Below, piece after piece: positions 8,970 to 20,285 of a DNA stretch of 64,000 nt. The first letter of the stretch is position 1, and each line of letters begins with the position of its first letter. The translations under genes and the position numbers were made by a program. This stretch comes from Polyangia bacterium (lineage in GTDB: Bacteria > Myxococcota_A > Polyangia > Fen-1088). The notes under the pieces are model-generated. The model was not told the DNA's origin. It was given only the letters and a program-made list of their open reading frames with translations, and made no database searches. The stretch is from the NCBI GenBank assembly GCA_035549075.1, contig DASZRT010000054.1, positions 1,989 to 65,988 on the forward strand. Direction: 5' to 3'.

Positions 8970-9383
8970 TCAAGCGAGGAGGTTGTGGAAGGGCCGGCGG
9001 TTCTTCCAGCGATAGGCGCCGAAGTCGCGGCGGTCCGTCGACAGGATCCGGCCGCTGCCGAGATGCTCGGCCAGAATGACGAGTGAGGCGTCGGCGAGGT
9101 CCATGGGGAGGTCGCGGTACTTCCGCATGAGCTCGGCGATGCGAGGCAGATGATCTACCTCCAGGTCGAATAGCTCGAACGCCCTACGTGTGGCCCCAGC
9201 GATGAAGCGATCGACGGCGCCGGCCCCGAGTCGGTGCGCCAGGAGATGACACGTCTCGGTGACGATGGGCCACGTCGTCACGAGCGACTCGGTTACGTTT
9301 TCGAGGGCCCGCTTCGCACGCGCATGGTCGTCGTCGCGCGTATTGCCGAGTGCCAGAAAGAAGCCCGTGTCGGCGATGATCAC
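8970..9383 (-). CDS. vapC: PIN-domain toxin, VapC family
   Basis: 137 aa. N-terminal MIIADTGFF acidic motif and later D/E residues of the PIN fold. 4-nt overlap with the upstream antitoxin gene. Confidence 0.85.
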   Translation of the reverse strand: MIIADTGFFLALGNTRDDDHARAKRALENVTESLVTTWPIVTETCHLLAHRLGAGAVDRFIAGATRRAFELFDLEVDHLPRIAELMRKYRDLPMDLADASLVILAEHLGSGRILSTDRRDFGAYRWKNRRPFHNLLA

Positions 9384-9634
9384 GCGCCGTGCTTTTTGCC
9401 GAGCGACTTCGTGAGCTCGGCTTTGTAGGTGCGAGACAGGTCGGCGGGGCCAGCGGCGCAGCCGATGAAATCGGCGAGGAGCTCGGCCGGTCGTGCCGCT
9501 TTCGCAACGGCCACGTAGTACGACTCGAGCGAAGCCTTGACGATCTCGGTCGTCGAACGCCCCGTCTTTTTGCGAATGGCCTCGACCTTCCGGGCGAGGT
9601 CCGGGTCGAGCCGGGCGTTGATCCGAAATGTCAT
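9380..9634 (-). CDS. vapB: Ribbon-helix-helix (CopG-like) antitoxin, VapB-type
   Basis: 84 aa. N-terminal beta-strand/helix pattern (FRINARLDPDLARKVEAIRKKTG). Overlaps vapC. Confidence 0.8.
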   Translation of the reverse strand: MTFRINARLDPDLARKVEAIRKKTGRSTTEIVKASLESYYVAVAKAARPAELLADFIGCAAGPADLSRTYKAELTKSLGKKHGA

Positions 9635-9685
9635 ACGACCAGTATGACAGAGGCTGCCCCGGCCATCAAACGCCCGAGACGCCGC

Positions 9686-10675
9686 TCAGCGGAGCTGCAG
9701 GTCGACGCGCAGCGCGAGGGGCGTGTCGGGGCCGCGGGCGAGCACGCCCATGTCGGGCGCGTGGCTGGGCACGCCTCCCGAGCGGTACTCTTGGCAGCGA
9801 TCGAAGAAGGCGCGCGTCGTCTTGGGCATGGGCGTGCGCGCGCGGGTGACGTGAAACACGAGGTCGCGCGCCTGCAGCAAGAGGCGCACGCCCTGCGCCG
9901 CGCGGTACAGCTCGGCGGGCGTCGCCGCCGCGGGGTTCGCCGGCAAGATCGGCTCGAAGGCCGCGAGCGCCTCGCCCGCCGTCACCATCGCCGTCCACAC
10001 GTTGAAGATCTCGGGATCGGTCTGCAGCGTCTCGCACTTCGCCTTCGCGACGGTCGCGAACTCGACGACGAGCGGCTCGAGCCCCGTGAACATGGGCCGC
10101 GAACAGAGCGTCTCGATGAGCTCGGCCGCGACGCGATCGACGTCGGTCATCGTCTGCGCGATCTTCACATAGCGGCTCTTGTAGAACTCCTCGATGGGGA
10201 ACGCGAAGGCCTTGAAGGGCTCGCCCCACAGCTCGTCGATGCCCTCTTCGCCGCTGCGGTGCAGGACCATGCGGCCGAGCTCGAGCGCCTCCTGCAGGTG
10301 CTCGCCGCACTGACGCACGAGCTCGTTGTCCGAACGAATCTCGACGCCGAGCGCCTGCAGCTCGACCACCTTCGTGAACACGTCGGTCGCGCGGTTGAAC
10401 AGCGCGCCCGCGAGCATCGCGCCCTTGACGCGCGCGCGGCGCGGATCGCTCTCGGTCTGGAAGGCGCGCCGCGCCTCTTCGAGGCGGTTGCCGGGGATGT
10501 TGATGCCGTGCTCGACGTGGTTGAAGAGCCGCCGCGTGAGCGCCTCGATGAGCCGCTTCTTCGCGAGCAGCGTGTCGGCCGGCGCATCGTACGCCTTGAT
10601 CCAGTAGCCGTCGTGGTACACGCGCCACTGCCCGTCGATGACCCTCTTCGCGCCCCGGGGAATCGCCTCGTCCAT
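9686..10675 (-). CDS. Conserved hypothetical protein (no family recognised)
   Basis: 329-aa ORF with normal composition for this genome, downstream of and co-oriented with kamA. Confidence 0.6.
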   Translation of the reverse strand: MDEAIPRGAKRVIDGQWRVYHDGYWIKAYDAPADTLLAKKRLIEALTRRLFNHVEHGINIPGNRLEEARRAFQTESDPRRARVKGAMLAGALFNRATDVFTKVVELQALGVEIRSDNELVRQCGEHLQEALELGRMVLHRSGEEGIDELWGEPFKAFAFPIEEFYKSRYVKIAQTMTDVDRVAAELIETLCSRPMFTGLEPLVVEFATVAKAKCETLQTDPEIFNVWTAMVTAGEALAAFEPILPANPAAATPAELYRAAQGVRLLLQARDLVFHVTRARTPMPKTTRAFFDRCQEYRSGGVPSHAPDMGVLARGPDTPLALRVDLQLR

Positions 10676-10783
10676 GCCTCGCCTCGTAGCGACGATGCTA
10701 CGCGCCTGGCACGCGGCCGCGACAGTCAGACCGCGGCTTCGTTCAACAATTTACGGAGCCGAAATCAGCGCGAAATCCACCGG

Positions 10784-11965
10784 CTAACCGCCGAAATACA
10801 CCTCGTCGTAGGCGCACGTCGCGTCTTTGTCGGCGGGCTGCGGGTAGTCGACGAGCTGGCCCTCGTAGTTGCGGAGGGTCCATTTGTCGGGGCCGCGCGA
10901 GACGACGTAGTCGGGGCCGATGCTCACCTTGCCCATGCCGCCGGGCGTGTCGATCACGAGGTGCGGGATCGCGAGGCCCGAGATGTGGCCGCGCAGCTGC
11001 TGCATGAGCTCGATGCCGGTCTCGACCGACGTGCGCAGGTGCGACGTGCCCGCGGCGACGTCGCCCTGGAACAGGTAGTACGGGCGCACGCGGCAACGCA
11101 GCAGCTCGGTGAACAGCTTGCGCAGCACCTTCACCGACGAGTTCACGCCGCGCAGGAGCACGGTCTGGTTGCCCATGGGGATGCCGGCGTCGGCGAGCTT
11201 CTCGCACGCGGCGCGCGCGAGGGGCGTCAGCTCCTTGGGGTGGTTGAAGTGCGTGTTGATGAAGAGCGGGTGATACTTCTTCAGCATCGCGCACAGCTCG
11301 TCGGTCACGCGCATCGGCAGCACGACGGGCACGCGCGTGCCGATGCGAATGATCTCGACGTGGGGGATCGCGCGAAGCGCGCTCACGATCTCTTCGAGGC
11401 GCGACGTCGACAGCGTGAGCGGGTCGCCGCCCGAGATGAGGACGTCGCGGATCGCGGGCGTCCGTCGGATGTAGTCGAGCGCCTCGGCGAGGTCGTCCTT
11501 CGACATGGGCGCCTCGCCCTTGCCGACGAGGCGGCGCCTGTTGCAGTGGCGGCAGTAGATCGCGCAGCGATCGAGCGCGAGCAGCAGGCAGCGATCGGGG
11601 TAGCGGTGGAAGATGCCGGTCGCGGGCGAGTGGCTGTCCTCGCCCAGCGGATCGAGCAAGTCGCCGGGCTCGTTGTGCAGCTCGCGCCCGCGCGGGATGA
11701 CCTGCATGCGCACGGGGCAGTCGGGCCGGTCCTTGTCGATGAGCGAGAAGTAGTACGGCGTGACGGCGACGCGGAAGTGCCCGGGCGCGGCGTCGAGGCC
11801 GGCCTCCTCCTCGGGCGTGAGCGGCAGCCGAGCCGCGATCTCTTCCTTGGTCGAGATGCGGTTGCGCAGCTGCCAACGCCAGTCGATTTCGTCTGTAACA
11901 ATAGCAAGCGAAGCCGAAAAAGAGGCCAATTGCACCGCCCCGGAATTCACGTTGTACTCACTCAT
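10784..11965 (-). CDS. kamA: Lysine 2,3-aminomutase (KamA-family radical SAM enzyme)
   Basis: 393 aa. CAIYCRHC radical-SAM triad, DWRWQLRN, HRYPDR, ISGGDPL, and NTHFNHPKE. Aligns along its length with Bacillus KamA from memory. The exact start is uncertain because it lies in the low-GC segment. Confidence 0.9.
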   Translation of the reverse strand: MSEYNVNSGAVQLASFSASLAIVTDEIDWRWQLRNRISTKEEIAARLPLTPEEEAGLDAAPGHFRVAVTPYYFSLIDKDRPDCPVRMQVIPRGRELHNEPGDLLDPLGEDSHSPATGIFHRYPDRCLLLALDRCAIYCRHCNRRRLVGKGEAPMSKDDLAEALDYIRRTPAIRDVLISGGDPLTLSTSRLEEIVSALRAIPHVEIIRIGTRVPVVLPMRVTDELCAMLKKYHPLFINTHFNHPKELTPLARAACEKLADAGIPMGNQTVLLRGVNSSVKVLRKLFTELLRCRVRPYYLFQGDVAAGTSHLRTSVETGIELMQQLRGHISGLAIPHLVIDTPGGMGKVSIGPDYVVSRGPDKWTLRNYEGQLVDYPQPADKDATCAYDEVYFGG

Positions 11966-12014
11966 GCCAACTAAAGCCTAAGCAGAACTGCTCCAGAGAC
12001 ACCTGCACAATCTT

Positions 12015-12593
12015 TTATTGTGTCCGAGCACGCTCCACCCAAGCTGTAGTTTCATTGTTTACTTTTGAATACGAGAAAGTTACTCCCTGCGAAAAAGGAC
12101 CTTTTGTCAGAGCAAACGGAAGGTTCCTTTGAGCCTCCAGGTTATCGTTCGCAACTATGACCCTACATAGAGTCGCGGCACATTTTACGTCCCTAAGGCG
12201 CGCACCTTGAAACGCTAGAGTCCGAAACTCATCTTCAATTTCTTGTGTTTCTTTCTTGCCCCAGATGGGATCGGCCTGCTCTTCGTGCATCCTCGCCTCT
12301 AAAGTCTCGAACACTTTCTTTGAGCGGTCGAGCTCCTCAGACGGTGAAAGAAAAGAGTGCGGTTGTTGTACCAGAGAGTCTTTTTCCACAATAGCCTGCC
12401 GGGCAACTTGATTCGCCTTCAGAGTAGAAGGCCAAGGAAGCCTTCGGGGTTCTTTAACTGCCTGTTCCGCCTCACCAGATGCTCGATCCTCTTGTGCTGT
12501 CAATCTGCGATCCCGACGTTGAAGTCGACTCCGCACGCCCAAGCCTCCGACTACGATCAAGACGAGAAGAAGCGCTGCGCTCAGACGCAACAT
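12015..12593 (-). CDS. Hypothetical membrane-anchored/exported protein (low-GC island)
   Basis: 192 aa with an N-terminal hydrophobic anchor (LSAALLLVLIVVGGLGV). AT-rich codon usage atypical for the window. Confidence 0.5.
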   Translation of the reverse strand: MLRLSAALLLVLIVVGGLGVRSRLQRRDRRLTAQEDRASGEAEQAVKEPRRLPWPSTLKANQVARQAIVEKDSLVQQPHSFLSPSEELDRSKKVFETLEARMHEEQADPIWGKKETQEIEDEFRTLAFQGARLRDVKCAATLCRVIVANDNLEAQRNLPFALTKGPFSQGVTFSYSKVNNETTAWVERARTQ

Positions 12594-12607
12594 AGTCGAT
12601 TACATCC

Positions 12608-13141
12608 TTAGTTGCCGCAACCCTCAAAATACAAGGCCGAAACGGCACTGTTACCGTCCGCAGTTGAAGGCGGCAACGAACACATGACGACAAGATATCG
12701 CGACAATGTAGTTGACGTCGTTCCAATACCGACGTCCTGAGAGGCAGACTGATCACCAACTGACGACGCGCTATAGCTCTGAAAGACACTTCCATCGCTA
12801 AACAACGAGTAGAGCGTGCAATTTACATTAGTGGTGCTGTTTCTGTCGTACACCGAGACAATTGGATTGTAATACGAGTTGTAGGAACAGGAACCTCCGC
12901 TTGGCGTGGACGACAAATTCACGTCATACGGCACAGCTATGGGGCAAATCACCGTCGCAGATGACGAAGAGCTGTAGTTTGAGATTCCCCATTGGGTCAG
13001 GCCTGTAATGCTCTGAGAGCCATTCATTGGCTGACAAAAACTGCCATGGTAGTAATAAAATTTTTGGCTAACAGCCCAAGCGCGAGATACCACACAAAAA
13101 ACCGCCCCAAAAATTACGACCTTCAGCCACATCGTTTTCAT
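12608..13141 (-). CDS. Hypothetical secreted Ser/Tyr/Asn-rich, 6-Cys protein (low-GC island)
   Basis: 177 aa from ATG 13141, preceded by GGAGGAG. Signal peptide MKTMWLKVVIFGAVFCVVSRAWA. No family recognised. Confidence 0.55.
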   Translation of the reverse strand: MKTMWLKVVIFGAVFCVVSRAWAVSQKFYYYHGSFCQPMNGSQSITGLTQWGISNYSSSSSATVICPIAVPYDVNLSSTPSGGSCSYNSYYNPIVSVYDRNSTTNVNCTLYSLFSDGSVFQSYSASSVGDQSASQDVGIGTTSTTLSRYLVVMCSLPPSTADGNSAVSALYFEGCGN

Positions 13142-13233
13142 CGCTCTCCTCCAATGTGTTCCCCCCAACATTCGGATCCTAGAGCGAGTCCTATCGGTGA
13201 GTCAATCTCATAACCTAAGGACTCGCCCAAACA

Positions 13234-13731
13234 CTACCGGTCTGACTCTATGCCCTCTGCATCTAGTGCTCTCTCTATGCTTGTGTCACTGGGATGAGCG
13301 GCATCATCCGTTGTCGCTGAACTGGCCCCGGCGTCAGCCTGATCGGGCGCTTTGTTTTCAGTTAGGACAACCACCATTGCCGTCTGTTGTCCGATCTCGA
13401 CGTGGTCCTGTCTTGTGTAGCCCGAATAGTCCACATATCCCTCAGTTCCACCAACGACACCAAGCGCGTCGATGGAGATACTGATGGGCGCTGAATATGT
13501 CCGGTCCAGACTAACGCTGAAACTTGCAGGAAAAACAATCGGCTCATCAGCTGGATCCCTAGGCACATAGAATGCCCGCGCGTCAATTCCAGCCGAAACA
13601 GTGACATATAGCTGATTCGCGAGGATCGTCCTGGGAGCCGCGACCTCCACATACAAAACGGTGTCCGACTTCGCGCAGCCCGCGAAGGACGCGGCGACGA
13701 ACGCGAGCACGATCAAAGACGACGCGCGCAT
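13234..13731 (-). CDS. Hypothetical lipoprotein
   Basis: 165 aa from ATG 13731. Lipobox AASFAGC. Starts 3 nt after the stop of the upstream TPR gene. GC content falls along the gene. Confidence 0.55.
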   Translation of the reverse strand: MRASSLIVLAFVAASFAGCAKSDTVLYVEVAAPRTILANQLYVTVSAGIDARAFYVPRDPADEPIVFPASFSVSLDRTYSAPISISIDALGVVGGTEGYVDYSGYTRQDHVEIGQQTAMVVVLTENKAPDQADAGASSATTDDAAHPSDTSIERALDAEGIESDR

Positions 13732-13733
13732 GT

Positions 13734-14468
13734 TCAGAACCGGTAGTTCCCGTAGTCCGTCATCGGCAGCGCCTCGGGCTTCGGGCGCAGGAACACGTAG
13801 CCCGCGACGCCGCCACCGACGGCGACGACGGCGAGCGTCGTCCACAGCAGCCAGTGCGAGCCGTGGTTCTCGTCGCGCGCGGTCTCCTTCGGCGTCGTGG
13901 GCTTCGCCTCGACGAGCAAATTCGGCTCGCCTTGTGCGGGCGGTGGCAGAGGTAGAAACGGCATCGCCTCGGGCTTCGGCGCGGCGGCTGGAGGCGGCGG
14001 AGGCGGCGCCGCGGCGACTGGTGGCGGCGGCACAGGGCGTACGGGCGGCGGAACCGGCGCCGTCGAACGCGTGGCTACCGGCGGCGCCGTCGGACGCGCG
14101 ACGGGCGCGACCACCTTTGCAGGCGGAGGCGCCGCCGGCTTCTCGAGCGTCGCGATGCGCGCCTCGATGTCGGCGCGGTTGGGCGCGCCGGGGAAGCCCT
14201 CGAGGAAGCCGCGGTAGTCTTCGGCGGCCTTCGCGTTCTCACCCAGGCGGCGGTAGCACTCGCCGCGGTTGAACAAGACGATCGGGTCGCGCAGCTTCTC
14301 GTACGCGGCCGTGTACTCCTTCACGGCCGCCGCGCACTTGCCCTCACCCGCCAGCTCGTTCGCGCGCTTGAGGTTCTGCTTTCCGTCGCCGCCGCCGTGA
14401 TGCTGACGCGCGGACGCCGGCCCGGCGGCGAGAAGGCACACGAGCAGCACGGCCGCCGGTACTCTCAT
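13734..14468 (-). CDS. TPR-repeat protein with Pro-rich linker and C-terminal TM helix
   Basis: Signal peptide, one or two TPR-like repeats (AAAVKEYTAAYE...ECYRRLGENAKAAEDYRGFL), a long PPPV linker, and a TM (WLLWTTLAVVAVGGGVAGYVF). Confidence 0.7.
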   Translation of the reverse strand: MRVPAAVLLVCLLAAGPASARQHHGGGDGKQNLKRANELAGEGKCAAAVKEYTAAYEKLRDPIVLFNRGECYRRLGENAKAAEDYRGFLEGFPGAPNRADIEARIATLEKPAAPPPAKVVAPVARPTAPPVATRSTAPVPPPVRPVPPPPVAAAPPPPPPAAAPKPEAMPFLPLPPPAQGEPNLLVEAKPTTPKETARDENHGSHWLLWTTLAVVAVGGGVAGYVFLRPKPEALPMTDYGNYRF

Positions 14469-14517
14469 GCACGTCAAGTTTCGCGTCGCGCCCCTCGGCG
14501 CGCAACTTTGCGCGTGT

Positions 14518-14877
14518 TTAAGGTCGACCGACCTGGTTGCGCCCGAGCCGCCGCACGTACCCCGAGAGCGACTGGATCTTCGGCAGGCTCAACCCAGCGC
14601 CGAACGCGGGCATCTGGCCTTTGCCCGCCATGATCGTGCGCTGGATGTCCTCGGTGCGCACGGTCGCGAGGAACGCCGGGTCGTGGAAGTCGCGCACGTT
14701 GGGCATCGTCTTGCGGATCTCGGGATCGCCGTGCCCGTCCAGGCCGTGACAGCGCGCGCAGTTCTGCGCGTACATGACCGCGGGATCGATCGGCACAGGC
14801 GGGCCCGCGTCGACCTCGCAGGCGGCGAAGCCAGTCGCGACGAGCGCGAGCGCGAGCGCCCGAGCGATGCGCGTCAC
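14518..14877 (-). CDS. Monoheme c-type cytochrome (lipoprotein-like signal)
   Basis: CARCH heme-binding motif and distal GKGQMPAF Met. GTG 14877 lies 1 nt after the thiC stop; an alternative ATG at 14901 would overlap thiC. Confidence 0.7.
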   Translation of the reverse strand: MTRIARALALALVATGFAACEVDAGPPVPIDPAVMYAQNCARCHGLDGHGDPEIRKTMPNVRDFHDPAFLATVRTEDIQRTIMAGKGQMPAFGAGLSLPKIQSLSGYVRRLGRNQVGRP

Positions 14878-14878
14878 C

Positions 14879-17396
<2,518 letters not shown>

Positions 17397-17453
17397 CGCC
17401 GACAGCTTAGCTCATGGCGCGCGCGCCGGCATGGCCGCGACGCTCATCCCGGT

Positions 17454-17876
17454 TCACGGCAGCGGGAACTCGACCTGCGGCGTCGCCTTGGACACGCCGC
17501 ACGGCAGGAAAAACGACATGTCGCCCGTGCTCGAGAGCAGCACGCTGTTCGCGTCGTAGAGCGCGAACGAAAGCACGTGCGTCTGGCCGCCCGGGACCGA
17601 CGGCACCGAGCCGGCGTGGTCCGAGCAGTTGAACGTGAAGATGTGATTGTCGTCGTCGACGCGCATGTCGACCTCGTCGCCGGGCGCGCACTCGACCACC
17701 TGGCCGCCCTGCGTGAGGACCCACGACGTCTGGATCTCCCCGTCGTAGCAGGCGCCCCCGGAGTCCGAACCGCCACAGCCGGGGACGAGCGCGCCCGCCG
17801 CCGCGAGCGCGACGGCCGCGAGCCCGGTGCGGAGCCGAGCGGGGAGCGTGATCTTGTTCGTGTCGGTCGTCGTCAT
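17454..17876 (-). CDS. Hypothetical lipoprotein
   Basis: 140 aa. Lipobox LVPGC. Beta-rich, several Cys. Confidence 0.55.
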   Translation of the reverse strand: MTTTDTNKITLPARLRTGLAAVALAAAGALVPGCGGSDSGGACYDGEIQTSWVLTQGGQVVECAPGDEVDMRVDDDNHIFTFNCSDHAGSVPSVPGGQTHVLSFALYDANSVLLSSTGDMSFFLPCGVSKATPQVEFPLP

Positions 17877-17900
17877 GGTCTCTCCTTAGGTTCTCGGGCG

Positions 17901-18446
17901 TCACGGACGGGCGCAGACCCCGGAATTATTCTGGCCACCGCATTCTTGGGCGCAGCCCACATCTAGCAAGAACGCCTCCACCTCCGTGGGCTGCCCGCGC
18001 ACGACCGACCGGTAGACGGGATCGGGCGCGACGTCGCGCGGCAGATCCACGCCGTCGGGCCCCACGGCGACGATGCTGATGCCGTAGGTCTCGCCGGGCT
18101 TGGTCTCGGGGATGTCGAAGGGCGTCGCGCCGGTCTTGCGCTGACACGAGAACTCGCACTGGGCTTGGCCGGCACACGGTGTGGTGCCGTCGATCGAGCC
18201 TCCTTTGCCGACGAGATCGATGCGGACCTTCGCGATCGCTGGGTTCGCGCAGCTGCAGTCGGTGATGGCGCGGCCGTTGGCGTGAACCTCCCAGCTGACC
18301 TCGACGGCGCCGCCGTTGATCTGCACGCAGCCGGCCGTCGACGCCAACGCGACGAAGCCGGCGAAGACCGCGAAAAGGAAGGCGGGAACGGCCGAGACCC
18401 GTGTCAAACTGCGGCCCCAACCCCGCCAAGGAGGCTCCCTGCTCAT
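17901..18446 (-). CDS. Hypothetical Cys-rich lipoprotein
   Basis: About 181 aa. Lipobox ASTAGC. The start is uncertain: ATG 18446 shares the CATG tetranucleotide with the tolQ start, and downstream GTG/TTG starts are possible. Confidence 0.5.
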   Translation of the reverse strand: MSREPPWRGWGRSLTRVSAVPAFLFAVFAGFVALASTAGCVQINGGAVEVSWEVHANGRAITDCSCANPAIAKVRIDLVGKGGSIDGTTPCAGQAQCEFSCQRKTGATPFDIPETKPGETYGISIVAVGPDGVDLPRDVAPDPVYRSVVRGQPTEVEAFLLDVGCAQECGGQNNSGVCARP

Positions 18447-19161
18447 GCAGCTCCTGATATTACAGGCCGGCGCCGGCGAAGCGCGACTGGACATTCTGCA
18501 GCTCATCCTCGGCGCGTCGCCCGTCGTCAAGGGCGTGCTCGCGCTCTTGATCCTCATGTCGCTCGCGTCGTGGTTCGTCATCGGCTCGAAGACGCTCTTC
18601 CTCTCCAACGCGGCCTCGCGGTCCGCGAAGTTCCAGGACGCGTTCTGGAAGACGGGCCGCCTCGACGAGATCTGGCGCATCAGCGAGGCGTCGCCACCGT
18701 CACCAGTCAGTGAGGTGTTCCGCGCTGGTTACACCGAGCTCGCCAAGTTGCAGAAGCGCCGGCAAGAGGCGCCCGACGCCGCGAGCGAAGAGCTGCTCGG
18801 CGACATCGAGAGCGTGCAGCGCGCGCTCGACCGCGCGCGCACCGTCGCCATCACCGACATGGAGAGCCGCGTGCCGCTGCTGGGCACGACGGCGAGCGCC
18901 GGCCCGTTCATCGGCCTCTTCGGCACGGTGTGGGGCATCATGAACTCGTTCCGCAACATCGGCGCGAAGGGCGCCGCCAACCTCGCGACCGTCGCGCCCG
19001 GCATCGCCGAGGCGCTCGTCACGACGGCGATCGGCCTCATGGCGGCCATCCCCGCCGTCATGGCCTACAACTACCTGTCGCGACGGATCCGCGTGCTGTC
19101 GGCGGAGATGGAGACCTTCTCGAGCGACTTCCTCAACATCGTGCGGCGGAGGTTCTTCTAG
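18445..19161 (+). CDS. tolQ: Tol-Pal system proton channel protein TolQ (MotA/TolQ/ExbB family)
   Basis: 238 aa from ATG 18445 (AAGGAGG upstream). Three TM and the conserved C-terminal GLFGTVWGIM...TTAIGL region. Confidence 0.85.
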   Translation: MQLLILQAGAGEARLDILQLILGASPVVKGVLALLILMSLASWFVIGSKTLFLSNAASRSAKFQDAFWKTGRLDEIWRISEASPPSPVSEVFRAGYTELAKLQKRRQEAPDAASEELLGDIESVQRALDRARTVAITDMESRVPLLGTTASAGPFIGLFGTVWGIMNSFRNIGAKGAANLATVAPGIAEALVTTAIGLMAAIPAVMAYNYLSRRIRVLSAEMETFSSDFLNIVRRRFF

Positions 19162-19163
19162 CC

Positions 19164-19574
19164 ATGGCGATGTCGACGGGCGGCGGAGGCGGCGCGACCC
19201 TGACGGAGATCAACGTCACCCCGTTGGTCGACGTCATGCTCGTGCTCCTCATCATCTTCATGGTGACGGCGCCGATGCTGCAGACGGGCGTCGACGTCGA
19301 TCTGCCGCAGGCGAAGGCGCAGACGATCCCCGACGACGAGGGCAAGCTGATCCTCACGGTGACGAAGGACAAGCGCGTGTTCCTCGGCAAGCTGCAGATC
19401 GCGTGGGACGACGTCGAGAAGACGCTGAAGAACAACGCCAAGCTCAACGCCGACCACGAGCTGTACCTGCACGCCGACAAGAACCTGCTCTACGGCGACG
19501 TCGTGAAGATCATGGCCGCCGTCAAACAGGCGGGCGTCGACAAGCTCGGCATGGTGACGGACCCGCTCGAGTAG
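19164..19574 (+). CDS. tolR: TolR (ExbD/TolR family)
   Basis: 136 aa. INVTPLVDVMLVLLIIFMV motif with the conserved Asp. Starts 3 nt after tolQ. Confidence 0.85.
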   Translation: MAMSTGGGGGATLTEINVTPLVDVMLVLLIIFMVTAPMLQTGVDVDLPQAKAQTIPDDEGKLILTVTKDKRVFLGKLQIAWDDVEKTLKNNAKLNADHELYLHADKNLLYGDVVKIMAAVKQAGVDKLGMVTDPLE

Positions 19575-19577
19575 GCG

Positions 19578-20285
19578 ATGGTCGAGCCGACGAGCAGACA
19601 CGGCATGCGGCGCGCGTCGGGGCGGGGCCTGCCGGGCCTCGTCATCACGATCGCGCTCCACGGCGGCATCCTCGCCGCCGTCGCCGTCGCGGGCAGCAAG
19701 GAAGAGCCGCCGCTCATCGTGAGCCACGACTTCGTCGTCGCCGAGATGGTGAAGCTGGGCAAGCCGCGCGAGAAGTTCTGGCTGCCGCGCATCCAGCAGC
19801 CGGCGCGCGCCGAGGCGCCGCCGCAGACGCTGAAGGTCGCCGAGGATCCGAACGCCGCGGCCGCGCCCAAAGAGGCGCCGCGGCCCGACGACCCGAAGAT
19901 CTCGAAGGACTTGAAGCGCGCGCTCGATCGCGCGCGCAAGCTCGAGGCGCTCGCGACGCCCGACGAGCCCGACGAAGGCTCGGCGACGGGCAGCAAGCTC
20001 GGCACGTCGAACCGCGAGATCGGCGATCAGTACCAGGCGCAGGTCGTGGGCATGCTCCACCAGAACTACAACTTCCCCGCGGGCATCAACGTGGATCAGA
20101 TCAACAACCCGCCCGAGATCGCGTTCCACATCGGCGGCGACGGCACGATCGCCGACGTGCACCTCACGAAGCCTTCGGGCAACTCGTTCGTCGACGACGC
20201 GTGCGTCGACGCCGCGAAGCTCACGGCCAAGCTGCCGCCACCGCCCGCGGGCGTCCGTGGTATGAGGGTCCAGTGCGAAAAGTGA
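19578..20285 (+). CDS. tolA: TolA-like protein (TM anchor, charged/Pro-rich linker, TonB_C-like C-terminus)
   Basis: 235 aa. Position between tolR and tolB and the overall architecture fit TolA; sequence identity to it is low, as usual. Confidence 0.65.
   Translation: MVEPTSRHGMRRASGRGLPGLVITIALHGGILAAVAVAGSKEEPPLIVSHDFVVAEMVKLGKPREKFWLPRIQQPARAEAPPQTLKVAEDPNAAAAPKEAPRPDDPKISKDLKRALDRARKLEALATPDEPDEGSATGSKLGTSNREIGDQYQAQVVGMLHQNYNFPAGINVDQINNPPEIAFHIGGDGTIADVHLTKPSGNSFVDDACVDAAKLTAKLPPPPAGVRGMRVQCEK

Noticed and set aside
10707-10722. TGGCAC motif resembling a sigma54 -24 element upstream of gene 9686..10675.
   Set aside because: It is on the plus strand, pointing into the 3' end of kamA. 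The -12 position reads CGCG rather than TTGC, and the GG-GC spacing is off by one.
13897-14217. Gly-rich plus-strand ORF (GGGGGGAAATGGGG...) opposite the TPR/Pro-rich gene.
   Set aside because: It is the complement of the poly-Pro coding stretch (CCG/CCC versus GGG/CGG) and is a mirror artefact.
18444-18447. Divergent start codons of tolQ and the lipoprotein gene sharing one CATG tetranucleotide.
   Set aside because: This is probably a start-codon calling artefact for the lipoprotein, since downstream GTG/TTG starts still leave an intact signal peptide. It is not evidence of a special regulatory overlap.
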